Source of the DNA: Thermoproteota archaeon
GTDB lineage: Archaea; Korarchaeota; Korarchaeia; Korarchaeales; Korarchaeaceae
NCBI GenBank assembly: GCA_027491915.1
Contig: JAOZGC010000002.1
Location: forward strand, 1-64,000
Direction: 5' to 3'
Length of the DNA stretch: 64,000 nucleotides
The translations under genes were made by a program, and so were the position numbers. The notes beneath the pieces were generated by a model. That model ran no database searches. It worked only from the letters and a program-made list of their open reading frames with translations, and was not told where the DNA came from. This document shows positions 10,249 through 18,673 of the stretch, piece by piece (position 1 is the stretch's first letter; each line of letters starts with the position of its first letter).

Positions 10249-10960
10249 CTCTGCGGCCCTGAAGGCTATTGGACCACGGCGTCAGCCTGACGGTCAGCAG
10301 GCTTCCGTCCCTGAGGCCCAGCCTCCCGCGTAGGTTGACGTTCGATATCAACTCCAAAACGTCGTCTCCGTAGTGCCGCCTCACGGGCAGCACGGCGTGA
10401 ACCGCGTCGACGCCCGGCACCTCAACAGGATAAACGAGGATCTCGCCGAAGGTCCTCCCCTCTGACTCGAATCCGGGTATTATAACCGGGGAGACCGCTT
10501 TTCTCCATAAAATTATAGATCTTACGTCATCTTGAGAAATTATTTTCAAATTTAAAGTTCCGGGATACGGCCTGTAGCCCAGAAGCTCCTCTATAGGCGC
10601 GGCGTACCCCTCCCTCGACAGGTAGTAGGCGCCCTCCCCCATTCCCGAGAATACTTTCCCAACTATAGATTTTATTCTAAAATTCTTCACAGCTTGACTC
10701 AGATCTGATAATAAATCTTCTATGACAGCCAGCCCCTCGCCCGTCAGGGTTATCATGGAGGACCTCCCCCTCCTGACGAATGCTATGAGCCCTCCGGCAG
10801 CCGCCTCGTGCAGCCACCTAGAGAGGGTTGACCTGGGCAGCCTCATCTCCCTCAACAGATCTTCCTGTGAGATCGGATTGATGTTCGCCCTGAGCTTGGC
10901 CAGTTTTATCATTAGAAGGTATTGCCTGGCGATCTTGAGGGCCTCCGATCTTCCACTCAA
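10184..10960 (-). CDS. ribK: CTP-dependent riboflavin kinase with N-terminal wHTH (RbkR type)
   Basis: GKVFSGMGEGAYY, PYPGTLN, GRTFG, LELIS..LR. Confidence 0.92.
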   Translation of the reverse strand: MSGRSEALKIARQYLLMIKLAKLRANINPISQEDLLREMRLPRSTLSRWLHEAAAGGLIAFVRRGRSSMITLTGEGLAVIEDLLSDLSQAVKNFRIKSIVGKVFSGMGEGAYYLSREGYAAPIEELLGYRPYPGTLNLKIISQDDVRSIILWRKAVSPVIIPGFESEGRTFGEILVYPVEVPGVDAVHAVLPVRRHYGDDVLELISNVNLRGRLGLRDGSLLTVRLTPWSNSLQGRRVVGRGGLEPPTSASSRRRHGR

Positions 10961-11562
10961 CTTCTATCGCCCCCGGAGGAGATCATCTCCCTGAAGAGTA
11001 CCTCCGAGGACGTCCTGTCTATTAACGCCCTCAGAGCGTCCACCTTCCTCTTCAGCGGCACTATGGAGTCGGGGAGGGTTATGGGACTCAACCCTTCAAA
11101 GATGCGGGTCATGATCGACAGGACGTCCCTCGCCCCATCCACGTCGCCGGTCATGAGGAGGTTGAGGGCAATCCTCCTGAGCTCGCCCGCGGCGTCCGCC
11201 AGTCCCAGTAGGAACTCCCTGGGGGGTATCTCCTCTGGCCGGTGGACGACCCTACCCTCCACTATGTCCGCCAGCGCTAGTCCCTCCGCCAGCTCTTGGA
11301 TTGCCTGGGAAAGGGCCCTCAATACCGTACATTTATTTTCTTTGTTCAAATTATTATTTAAGAAATTTCTCAATTTCTCCAGGCCGGACTCCAGCTCGGC
11401 GGAGCCGGCCTGGGCATCCCCCCGGACGATCAGGTTAACCGCCCTCCTGGCCGTCCTAAGGAGTTCCCTGCTCAGGGACAGCGCGGCCTCCCTGGCCGAC
11501 TCCTCCTCCATCAGGAGGATCTCACACGAAGCAATCTCCTCCTCGATAGAGGGCAAAGTCAT
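10957..11562 (-). CDS. Translin family protein
   Basis: REAALSLSRE, QELAE, FLLGLADAAGELRR, LKRKVD; start moved to ATG 11562. Confidence 0.88.
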   Translation of the reverse strand: MTLPSIEEEIASCEILLMEEESAREAALSLSRELLRTARRAVNLIVRGDAQAGSAELESGLEKLRNFLNNNLNKENKCTVLRALSQAIQELAEGLALADIVEGRVVHRPEEIPPREFLLGLADAAGELRRIALNLLMTGDVDGARDVLSIMTRIFEGLSPITLPDSIVPLKRKVDALRALIDRTSSEVLFREMISSGGDRS

Positions 11563-11628
11563 CTCCCCGACGCCCTCTTCGTCTATGGCCCAACTCCTTT
11601 TATTTGTGGGATCCGCCGGCGGGATGCG

Positions 11629-12318
11629 ATGAAGTTCACCCTCCTGCTCGGGGGAGTCGTTTTCGACGCCGCCCTGGGAGATCAACCGGACATTCTATCT
11701 GAATACGCCAAGATAATCAGACGCGTTCGCGATGAGGGACACGAGGTCTCCGTGGTCACGGGGGGAGGGAAGCTGGCCAGGGTTGGGATAGAGAGGGCGA
11801 GGAACCTGGGGGCCAACAAGAGCCTTCAAGACGAGGTGGGGATATCGGCCACGAGGTTACACGCCCTGCTCATGATATCCGCCCTGGGCGGGTGCGCCTA
11901 CCCGACCGTGCCTACGACCTACGAAGAGTTCAGACGATACCACGAGGGCGGTAAGGTGGTGGTCTCCGGGGGAATGGTGCCCGGGCAGTCCACCGATGCC
12001 GTCGCCGCCGTCATCACCGAGATGATCGGGGGGGACCTGATGATCAAGGGGACGGGAGTCGACGGCGTGAGGGAGATCAGAGCTGACGGAACTCTGGGGG
12101 GACTGATCCCTCGCATCTCCTACGAGAGATTGGAGGATCTCTTGAGGAGGTACGAGCAGTCCCCCGGGAGGTACGAGCTTCTCGACTTGGTGGCCCTGAA
12201 GGTCCTCCGCAGATCCGGGATAAAGTTGATTATCTACAACGGCTTGAGGCCGAGTGATCTCGAGCGTATATTGGGCGGAGAGAACGTGGGAACCGTTGTG
12301 GAGGGAGATCCGACATGA
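11629..12318 (+). CDS. pyrH: UMP kinase
   Basis: VVTGGGKLAR, PGQSTDAVAA, VDGV, VGT. Confidence 0.92.
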   Translation: MKFTLLLGGVVFDAALGDQPDILSEYAKIIRRVRDEGHEVSVVTGGGKLARVGIERARNLGANKSLQDEVGISATRLHALLMISALGGCAYPTVPTTYEEFRRYHEGGKVVVSGGMVPGQSTDAVAAVITEMIGGDLMIKGTGVDGVREIRADGTLGGLIPRISYERLEDLLRRYEQSPGRYELLDLVALKVLRRSGIKLIIYNGLRPSDLERILGGENVGTVVEGDPT

Positions 12319-12698
12319 AGAGGAGGGGGGGATTGCGATCTTCTTGGAGGGCCAGGGCCAGGCCCTCCCTCGGGGTACCCGCCTCCCTGAGCTTCTCCCT
12401 GAGGGAGATGCTCTTGGGGCTGATCACCGGGACGGTGTCCTTCGCGGCATCCATCCTGATATCCGAGTTCGGCGTCTGGGTTTTCACCCTGTGGATGATG
12501 CCGGAGGGGGACATCGTAAACTACTTTTACATTACTTTCTCTTTTCTAAATTTGATCATAATGATTGTTCCCATAAAGAAGAAAAGATATTTCAGATTCT
12601 TGGTGGCACTGATCCTTGTGATCGCGTTGACCTACTTGGCGGTCAATTATTTCAATTTCCATCCAATACATACTATATTTGGAGAACTGAATTACTGA
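12315..12698 (+). CDS. Hypothetical membrane protein
   Basis: About three hydrophobic segments; ATGA overlap with pyrH. Confidence 0.6.
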   Translation: MKRRGGLRSSWRARARPSLGVPASLSFSLREMLLGLITGTVSFAASILISEFGVWVFTLWMMPEGDIVNYFYITFSFLNLIIMIVPIKKKRYFRFLVALILVIALTYLAVNYFNFHPIHTIFGELNY

Positions 12699-12705
12699 GA
12701 AGAGG

Positions 12706-12783
12706 TGGTGCTCCGGCCGGGATTTGAACCCGGGTCTGGGGCTCGAGAGGCCCCTATGCTTAGCCGGGCTACACCACCGGAGC
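12706..12783 (-). tRNA. tRNA-Glu(CTC)
   Basis: Minus strand reads GCTCCGG...GGGGC-CTCTCGA-GCCCC...GTTCAAATC...ACCA. Confidence 0.97.
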
Positions 12784-12834
12784 GGGTTCCGGGCCGCCGC
12801 GGGGTAATAAGCTTGTCGATTCCCCCTCCCCGCG

Positions 12835-13422
12835 GTGGCGGTCGTAATAACTGGTACTCCGGGCGCGGGCAAGTCCACCGTCGGGAGGGAGCTGGCCCTC
12901 CTCCTGGGATACGGGCTGCTCGATCTGGACGGTATCCTCGAGAAGGAGGGTGTCCTCCGATTCGACGACGAGAGGAACGTTCCCGTGATAGATCTCGAGG
13001 TCGCGAGGCGGAGGATCGCTGGGATGTCCGGCCGCCGGATCGTCGTGACGACGCTCCACCCCGACGCCGCCGATCGCTTGGAACCGGAGGCGGTGGTCAT
13101 CCTGAGGTGCGACCCGCTGATACTCAGATACAGGCTAGAGTCCAGGGGTTACCCCAGGAGGAAGATCGTGGAAAATCTGGAGGCCGAGATAATCGGCTAT
13201 CTGACCTCGTTGTCCGTGGAGACCTTCGGCGCGAACAGAATCCTCGAGGTAGAGACCTCTAGGGGATCCCCCCGAGAGGTGGCTGCGGAGATAGCGAGGA
13301 GGGTGAACTCGGGAGGGGTCTGGGGTCCGTCCATATCTTGGCTCCACCGAGAGGGGTTGGCTGTGAGGCTCAGGAGTGCGCTCGCCCGGGGAGATTGTAG
13401 AACCCCGGAGCTTCCCTCTTGA
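12835..13422 (+). CDS. Fap7/AK6-type adenylate kinase
   Basis: ITGTPGAGKST, LRCDP, RGYPRRKIVENLEAEI. Confidence 0.9.
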   Translation: MAVVITGTPGAGKSTVGRELALLLGYGLLDLDGILEKEGVLRFDDERNVPVIDLEVARRRIAGMSGRRIVVTTLHPDAADRLEPEAVVILRCDPLILRYRLESRGYPRRKIVENLEAEIIGYLTSLSVETFGANRILEVETSRGSPREVAAEIARRVNSGGVWGPSISWLHREGLAVRLRSALARGDCRTPELPS

Positions 13423-15088
13423 GGATTTTTAGGGCCAGATCCACGGGGGTCGGTGCGTATTCCGGTCTCCTCACGCGGATCAGGTTGGCCCCACCCTCTC
13501 TCACCACCACCGCCTCCCCCACCTCCAGTATGGGCAGGACGTCGGCGGCCCTAACCATCCTGCCCGGGCCCAGCTCGACCTCCCTCCCTATCAGGCTGAT
13601 CGCGGCCCTTATGTCCTCCGGCTCCCCGAGGGCGTGGAATATCTTGGTTGAGGAGTTCCTCAGGACGTGTCTGGAGAGGCCGGACGGGGTCTGCGATATG
13701 ACCATCATTCCGACGCCGAACTTCCTGAGCTCGGAGAACATCTTATCGGAGATGGTCATCCCCCTCCTATCCTCCAGCCTGGGCATTATGTGGTCGGCCT
13801 CCTCGAGGATGACCGCCAAGAAGGGGGAGCCGGTCTTCCCTCTTCTCTTGGCCCCGTCGTACACCCTTCCCAGGATGGAGTGGGCGACCGCGTCCCTGAC
13901 CACCGGGGTGGATATCCCCCCGACCTCCACGACGAGAGGCGCCTCAGATATAGCGTCGAGGTCCGGCAGGGTCTCCCTCATCAGGTGCTGTGCCCCCTCC
14001 CCGGTGACCAGCGGGTCCATCTTCCTCATGAGGGAGAGTTTGCTCTCAAACTCCGGTCCGGTCCTCTCCCTGAATTCCGATATCTCCTCGTACAGGTCCG
14101 CCAGCGTGGGAGCTTCTCCGGGAGGGAGAGACCCCTGGAGCCTGTTCAGACACCTCTCAACTATGAAGAGCTGGGTCGGGGTCAGGTTCAGCAGGAGATC
14201 CAGAACCTCTATGACCGAGCCTATCCTGCGTGGTTCCCATCCAGAGAGCCCTTCTAGCAGATTAACCGACAGATCCTCCGCCTTTATGATCCGACCTCCA
14301 AGCTCCAACGTCATCATCCCATATTCGCCGTGATAATCCAGGACCAAGAATGGAACGCCCGCGTCCCACAGGAGCCTCGCGATGGTCATCGCCGTCGTGG
14401 TTTTCCCGCTCCCAGTCCTCCCGAGTATGGCCACGTGTCTCACGATCTCTCCGAGATCCCACAGGAACTCCCCGCCCGATGGGGTGGTACCCAGGGGGAC
14501 GGCGGTCGGGGCCGGACCGGTCGAACTCTCCCCCATGCCAGAGAAACTCGCCCTGGAGAAGTGGGGGCCAGGGGTGGTGGCCAGAGAGAGAGCCAATTCC
14601 GCCAGCGACCTCGCGGTCGCATCGCCCAGCTCCTCCACGACCGCGCCCTTGAGGAAGGACCTCATCAACCTCATTGCGGCCGACAGTATCTCTCTGGAGT
14701 TCTCCCCCTCCGACCATATCACACCGCAGGCCGCCGCAGAGGGACCGAACTCTCCACGATGTGGTCCGTGCAGGACGAATGCTGAGGAGACCCCCAGAGA
14801 AGACAGCAGGTCCATGAGCTCTGACAGCTCGATGCTGAGCTCCCCCCTCTTATCCATAGGACGCAGTCTGAAGCCGACAAACTCGTAGCCCTCTATCTCC
14901 TTCCGCCCTCTCCCAATCGCTGAAAACCCGTAAGCGAGAAGCCCGGCCGCTGGGACCGCCGCCAGGAGTGCGGGGAGGTAAGATGATAGGTCCGGCGGGG
15001 GAGAGATCTCCGAGACCTTCCTTACCGCCCAGTAGAGCGCGACGCTCAGCGGCAGAAGGAGAGGCCAGGCGTCTCGGCCGGAACTCAA
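13370..15088 (-). CDS. Membrane-anchored HerA/VirB4-family ATPase (CedB-like architecture)
   Basis: Two N-terminal TM segments; HVAILGRTGSGKT, LDYHGEY, ILEEADH, ELRKFG, SQTPS; start moved to TTG 15088. Confidence 0.85.
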   Translation of the reverse strand: MSSGRDAWPLLLPLSVALYWAVRKVSEISPPPDLSSYLPALLAAVPAAGLLAYGFSAIGRGRKEIEGYEFVGFRLRPMDKRGELSIELSELMDLLSSLGVSSAFVLHGPHRGEFGPSAAACGVIWSEGENSREILSAAMRLMRSFLKGAVVEELGDATARSLAELALSLATTPGPHFSRASFSGMGESSTGPAPTAVPLGTTPSGGEFLWDLGEIVRHVAILGRTGSGKTTTAMTIARLLWDAGVPFLVLDYHGEYGMMTLELGGRIIKAEDLSVNLLEGLSGWEPRRIGSVIEVLDLLLNLTPTQLFIVERCLNRLQGSLPPGEAPTLADLYEEISEFRERTGPEFESKLSLMRKMDPLVTGEGAQHLMRETLPDLDAISEAPLVVEVGGISTPVVRDAVAHSILGRVYDGAKRRGKTGSPFLAVILEEADHIMPRLEDRRGMTISDKMFSELRKFGVGMMVISQTPSGLSRHVLRNSSTKIFHALGEPEDIRAAISLIGREVELGPGRMVRAADVLPILEVGEAVVVREGGANLIRVRRPEYAPTPVDLALKILKREAPGFYNLPGRAHS

Positions 15089-15909
15089 TCCATCCCCACC
15101 CCCAGGGAGAGCAGCTCGGAGACTCTCCTCCTCAGAACGGACTCGTTCACTCCAACCGCCCTGGCTATCAGGGCCTGGGACGGATTCCTCATTCCCAGGG
15201 TGAGGGCCGCTATGTACACCACGGCGGCGGCGGTCACCAGGGGACTCTTGCCCGGGGACAGCCTCCTCAGCCCCTCGTTCCGTGACAGTCTCAAGGCCCT
15301 CATCCTTATCCTCTCTAGGACGGACCAAAATCTCCTCTCTGGGAAGGACTCTTTCATCCTCTTCTCGACGTCCCTGCTCCTCCCCATGCTCCGAATGACG
15401 CTGGACACGTACTCGCTTAGGGGGGGAATCCTCCATACACCGAGCGACTTCCCATGATTCGCGACTCGGACCGCTATTTTCCTCTTAGACACGCTCAAAC
15501 CCAGCCTCCTCAAGGCTGCCGCGGCCTCTCCGGTCGTTATCAGGTAATGCAGCTGCCTTCCGGCCAAGATGAGGGCCACGGCCGCCAGTAGAAATCCACC
15601 CCTGGAATCCGACTTCAGGACCCAGTATATCCTCGCGGCGAGCTCTTCCACTTTCCGCGGCGCGTCTAATAGTCCGGCCAACTCCCTTACAGGGGGAGGA
15701 ACCTCGGCCGTGATGGGGTAAGATTGGGAGCGCTCGACGTGGGTATAGCAGAGCTCGGGATGGTCGAGTTCTCCGCCCGGATCCAGAGCGGCCACATATC
15801 CGCTGGGCACGGGTTCGCCGGACATCCTGAAATTCAAACAGTTTTCTGAGTGATCCGTACTTAGGGAGGCCTGAGGATTATTTTTCCATATTCCAGAATT
15901 ATTTTCCAT
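15085..15909 (-). CDS. Divergent TFIIB/TFB-like cyclin-fold protein without zinc ribbon
   Basis: GKSPLVTAAAVVYIAA...SQALIARAVGVNESVLRRR resembles the second TFB cyclin repeat/HTH. Confidence 0.7.
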   Translation of the reverse strand: MENNSGIWKNNPQASLSTDHSENCLNFRMSGEPVPSGYVAALDPGGELDHPELCYTHVERSQSYPITAEVPPPVRELAGLLDAPRKVEELAARIYWVLKSDSRGGFLLAAVALILAGRQLHYLITTGEAAAALRRLGLSVSKRKIAVRVANHGKSLGVWRIPPLSEYVSSVIRSMGRSRDVEKRMKESFPERRFWSVLERIRMRALRLSRNEGLRRLSPGKSPLVTAAAVVYIAALTLGMRNPSQALIARAVGVNESVLRRRVSELLSLGVGMD

Positions 15910-16252
15910 ACAAGACTATTTTTAAATAAATCACATCTCCAACCTCTACCTCCGGCCGCGCGGAGCCGGTGAGGCGAATCAACATCCCGTGGGCCGAGGC
16001 GCTCGCGGCCTCACCGTCAACGGAGTATACAACTCCTCTGAGGACGAGCGCGTCAGGGCTGGAGGCAGGTCTATCCCTCGATATCTCCACCTCCACCTCC
16101 ATCTCCTCTGAAATTTCGACGAGTTTGGGTGGGATCTCCAGGGTCACGTTTCCTCCGTCGAGGGAGATATCCACCCTCAACATCTTCATGTTGGGGATCC
16201 CCGAAACGCCGACCACCCTACCCCTTGTCGTCAGTAAGGGCCCCGATTCCAT
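15899..16252 (-). CDS. rpo8: RNA polymerase subunit Rpo8 (RpoG)
   Basis: OB-fold size and motifs LRGVVY..SAHGMLIRL..VGDVIYLKI. Confidence 0.7.
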   Translation of the reverse strand: MESGPLLTTRGRVVGVSGIPNMKMLRVDISLDGGNVTLEIPPKLVEISEEMEVEVEISRDRPASSPDALVLRGVVYSVDGEAASASAHGMLIRLTGSARPEVEVGDVIYLKIVLYGK

Positions 16253-16333
16253 GGCGTTGGAGGAACCGAGAGACCTTCAATAAACTTTCCTCTCCCGCGG
16301 CCCGCATAATCCCGAACTCTCTCTGGGAAGGAG

Positions 16334-16630
16334 ATGGGGGGGGTTGAGAGGGCCCTGATGGATCAGATCCTGATAAAGAGGATCGTCAGATCCATCCTTT
16401 TCGAGGGCGGGAGCTGGTCGCCCGGCGTCCTCCTGAGTTCGATAGTCGACCTCAGCGAGTCCCTCCCCGGAGCGGAAGATGGGATCGCGAGGAGCACCGT
16501 GGAGGAGATAAAGAAGCTGGTCGCCGAGGGTGATCCCGAGAACGTCCTGGTGATCTCCTCCTCGGTCACCAATCTGGTGAGGAGGGGAGTCCGCCACCTC
16601 GTGGCTGCTGGAGATCAAATCTCCTCGTGA
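16334..16630 (+). CDS. Hypothetical protein
   Basis: Open frame filling the gap with host-like codon usage. Confidence 0.5.
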   Translation: MGGVERALMDQILIKRIVRSILFEGGSWSPGVLLSSIVDLSESLPGAEDGIARSTVEEIKKLVAEGDPENVLVISSSVTNLVRRGVRHLVAAGDQISS

Positions 16631-16902
16631 GTGGCTATGTATATCTTCAACAAACGTTCATCTATAACTATCATCTCCCTTATATATTTCACGGTAGAAT
16701 AGGGAACAAGCACCAGACCTTTCCTATCTTGCTTCAACTTCTTCACGAGAGATTCTGCCGCTCCCTTGGCCTCCTTGACCACCAGGGAGAGGGCCTTCCC
16801 GGAGAGCTCGTCCACCACCAGATCCACCAGCTCTCCTATTATCAAGCCCCTATCCGTGACGACCCCCTTTCCGGCGAGCCTCCCTATCGAGTAACGCGGC
16901 AT
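16615..16902 (-). CDS. PRC-barrel domain protein
   Basis: LAGKGVVTDRGLIIGELVDLVVD..SG, LVPYSTV; start at ATG 16902, downstream of the tRNA. Confidence 0.85.
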   Translation of the reverse strand: MPRYSIGRLAGKGVVTDRGLIIGELVDLVVDELSGKALSLVVKEAKGAAESLVKKLKQDRKGLVLVPYSTVKYIREMIVIDERLLKIYIATHEEI

Positions 16903-16922
16903 CAATCTCCCCCAACTCCGGG

Positions 16923-17012
16923 TGGTGGGCCGGGGGGGACTCGAACCCCCGACCTCCGCCGTTTCCTCCCGCGGGAGTGAGGGCGGCGTCATGGCCGCTA
17001 GACCACCGGCCC
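16923..17012 (-). tRNA. tRNA-Val(CAC) with a 14-nt intron (16963-16976) at position 36/37
   Basis: Body nearly identical to tRNA-Val(GAC); CCGCC-CTCAC[TCCCGCGGGAGGAA]AC-GGCGG; bulge-helix-bulge-like fold CCTC/GAGG. Confidence 0.9.
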
Positions 17013-17067
17013 CCTGTGAGATTCCGGGAGGGCCATAAAAAGGTTGGTGCGGTACCGATCTCCAGAC

Positions 17068-17088
17068 GGGGGCTCGGTACTCAAGATC
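17068..17088 (+). repeat. Left att direct repeat GGGGGCTCGGTACTCAAGATC
   Basis: 20/21 identical to 27836-27856. Confidence 0.9.
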
Positions 17089-17246
17089 AAATTTTTTGTC
17101 GTGATCAGGGGATAACCGGGATCTTCCCCTACCGAATAAGGGGACTTTCTAACGCTTATTAGCTTTTCCCCCGGGGGTACTGATCAACCCCCGCGTCGGG
17201 AGGAAGGAGTGGGGATTGGTCACCATTATTGAAATCCGGGATTTGG

Positions 17247-17365
17247 CCGCCAATTTTTCTCTGGATTCCCAGAGCGATCTGCCATAGCAGAGGCGCCAAA
17301 ATTATCGGCACCCGATAATTGCCGGTTTTTCTCGCGAAAAGGAGAGAGAAGAGCGGGTTTCGCTG
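17247..17365 (+). repeat. 119-bp inverted repeat, copy 1 (palindrome-rich)
   Basis: Exact reverse complement of 23853-23971. Confidence 0.95.
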
Positions 17366-18039
17366 TCGCGGTGAGGGTTGGGTGGTTCTGGACGCTCGAA
17401 GAATGGCATGCCACTTTCTTCCGGGGTCAAGATCCCCGATATCCCCTCGGCCAGGTCGGCCGCCGCCCCCTGGAGCCGCAGCAGGGAGGCGACCAGTAGG
17501 GCGGGGACCGCCGCGACCTCCACCAACATCAGCGCGACGACGGCGGCCGCCGCGGTCATGCCCACGAGATCCCAGGGGTCCGCCCCGGGGGGAGGGACCG
17601 GGGATCCACCCCCCCCGACCACCGCCAGGGCGGACTCCAAGGCCCCGGTCAGCGGGAGGAGCGAGACCGCCAGGGCGGAGGAGGTCGCGCCCACCCCGAT
17701 CGCGCCCACCACCCTGGCGGCCCTGGAGACCTCCCACCCCCTCCTCCTCAGGAGCGCCACCACGACGGGGGTGGCGGCGTCCGAGACCAGCCTCACCATC
17801 CCCTGGAGCCCGATCGTCCAATTCGACCAGAGCCCCGCCAGGGCGGCGGGCAGCCCCTCGATCAGCACCGCCGCCGCGGCGCCCAGGGCACCCGGCATCC
17901 CCAGGGCGGCGGGGATCACGCCCCCCGCCACCAGGGAGCCCAGGGGAAAGAGACCCATCATCCCCCCCAGGACGGCCCCCATCGCGGTCCTGGCGGCGAA
18001 CCAACTCCCGATCCCGATCCCCCCGGCTGGTCGACTCAC
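17302..18039 (-). CDS. Element-encoded Ala/Gly-rich multi-pass membrane protein
   Basis: Several hydrophobic segments; GTGA overlap with the upstream nuclease stop; 3' end runs into the 119-bp repeat. Confidence 0.6.
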   Translation of the reverse strand: MSRPAGGIGIGSWFAARTAMGAVLGGMMGLFPLGSLVAGGVIPAALGMPGALGAAAAVLIEGLPAALAGLWSNWTIGLQGMVRLVSDAATPVVVALLRRRGWEVSRAARVVGAIGVGATSSALAVSLLPLTGALESALAVVGGGGSPVPPPGADPWDLVGMTAAAAVVALMLVEVAAVPALLVASLLRLQGAAADLAEGISGILTPEESGMPFFERPEPPNPHRDSETRSSLSFSREKPAIIGCR

Positions 18040-18488
18040 AGCAGGCCCGCCCACCTGAGCCACCTCTCGAGGTTCCTGGGGGTCAACCTCCCCAGTCTCC
18101 CGCCCCTCCCCGGCCCGACCCACACCCAGGCCCGGGCCTTGGATAACAGGGTCTCGGGCCTCTTGGGAAATCCCAAGACCCCGACGACGCAGAAGGGCTC
18201 CGGGTGCTCCCTGCGAAAGGCCCTATTGACCCCCCTGATCAACCCATCGAGGCGGCGGGAGCCCTTAACCTCCACGAAGGCCCTGATTCCCCTCCCGATC
18301 AGCTCGATGTCATAGGGGGCGTGGTCCGACTGCGTTACAACCCTCACGTCCGGCAGGTTGAGCCGGGCCAAGATGATCTCCAGGGCCCCGGCAACCGTCC
18401 GCTCGAGCCTCCTACCCATCCTTTTGTTGTAGCCGCCGAGGGCGGACCTCGGGGAGACGCGGACCTCGGGGAGACCATTGTCATCCAC
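18036..18488 (-). CDS. PD-(D/E)XK nuclease (Hjc/restriction-like)
   Basis: GRRLE...APYDIEL...FVEVKGS; start uncertain. Confidence 0.75.
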   Translation of the reverse strand: MDDNGLPEVRVSPRSALGGYNKRMGRRLERTVAGALEIILARLNLPDVRVVTQSDHAPYDIELIGRGIRAFVEVKGSRRLDGLIRGVNRAFRREHPEPFCVVGVLGFPKRPETLLSKARAWVWVGPGRGGRLGRLTPRNLERWLRWAGLL

Positions 18489-18673
18489 CTTCCCACTACC
18501 CCCCCAACTGATCTCCCCCAGGGATCCCTTTTGTTTTATTTTTGAACGGAGTGAAAGTTTCCAATACCTCCAACTGCTTGGGGGAGGGAGGCAGCGGGGG
18601 GAAATCCGAGGCAGAACAGAGTCGGAGAGTGTGAGATGAAGGGCTGGGAGGAAAATGCGGCCGGAGATGGGCC

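Noticed and set aside
16923-17012. tRNA-Val(CAC) as the element's integration site
   Set aside because: It lies 55 bp outside the left repeat with its 5' end facing the element, and no tRNA-Val fragment is duplicated at the integrase end
10173-17012. Near-identical inverted sequences at 10173 and 16923 as element or inversion boundaries
   Set aside because: They are two complete tRNA-Val isoacceptor genes, and the genes between them are host-type
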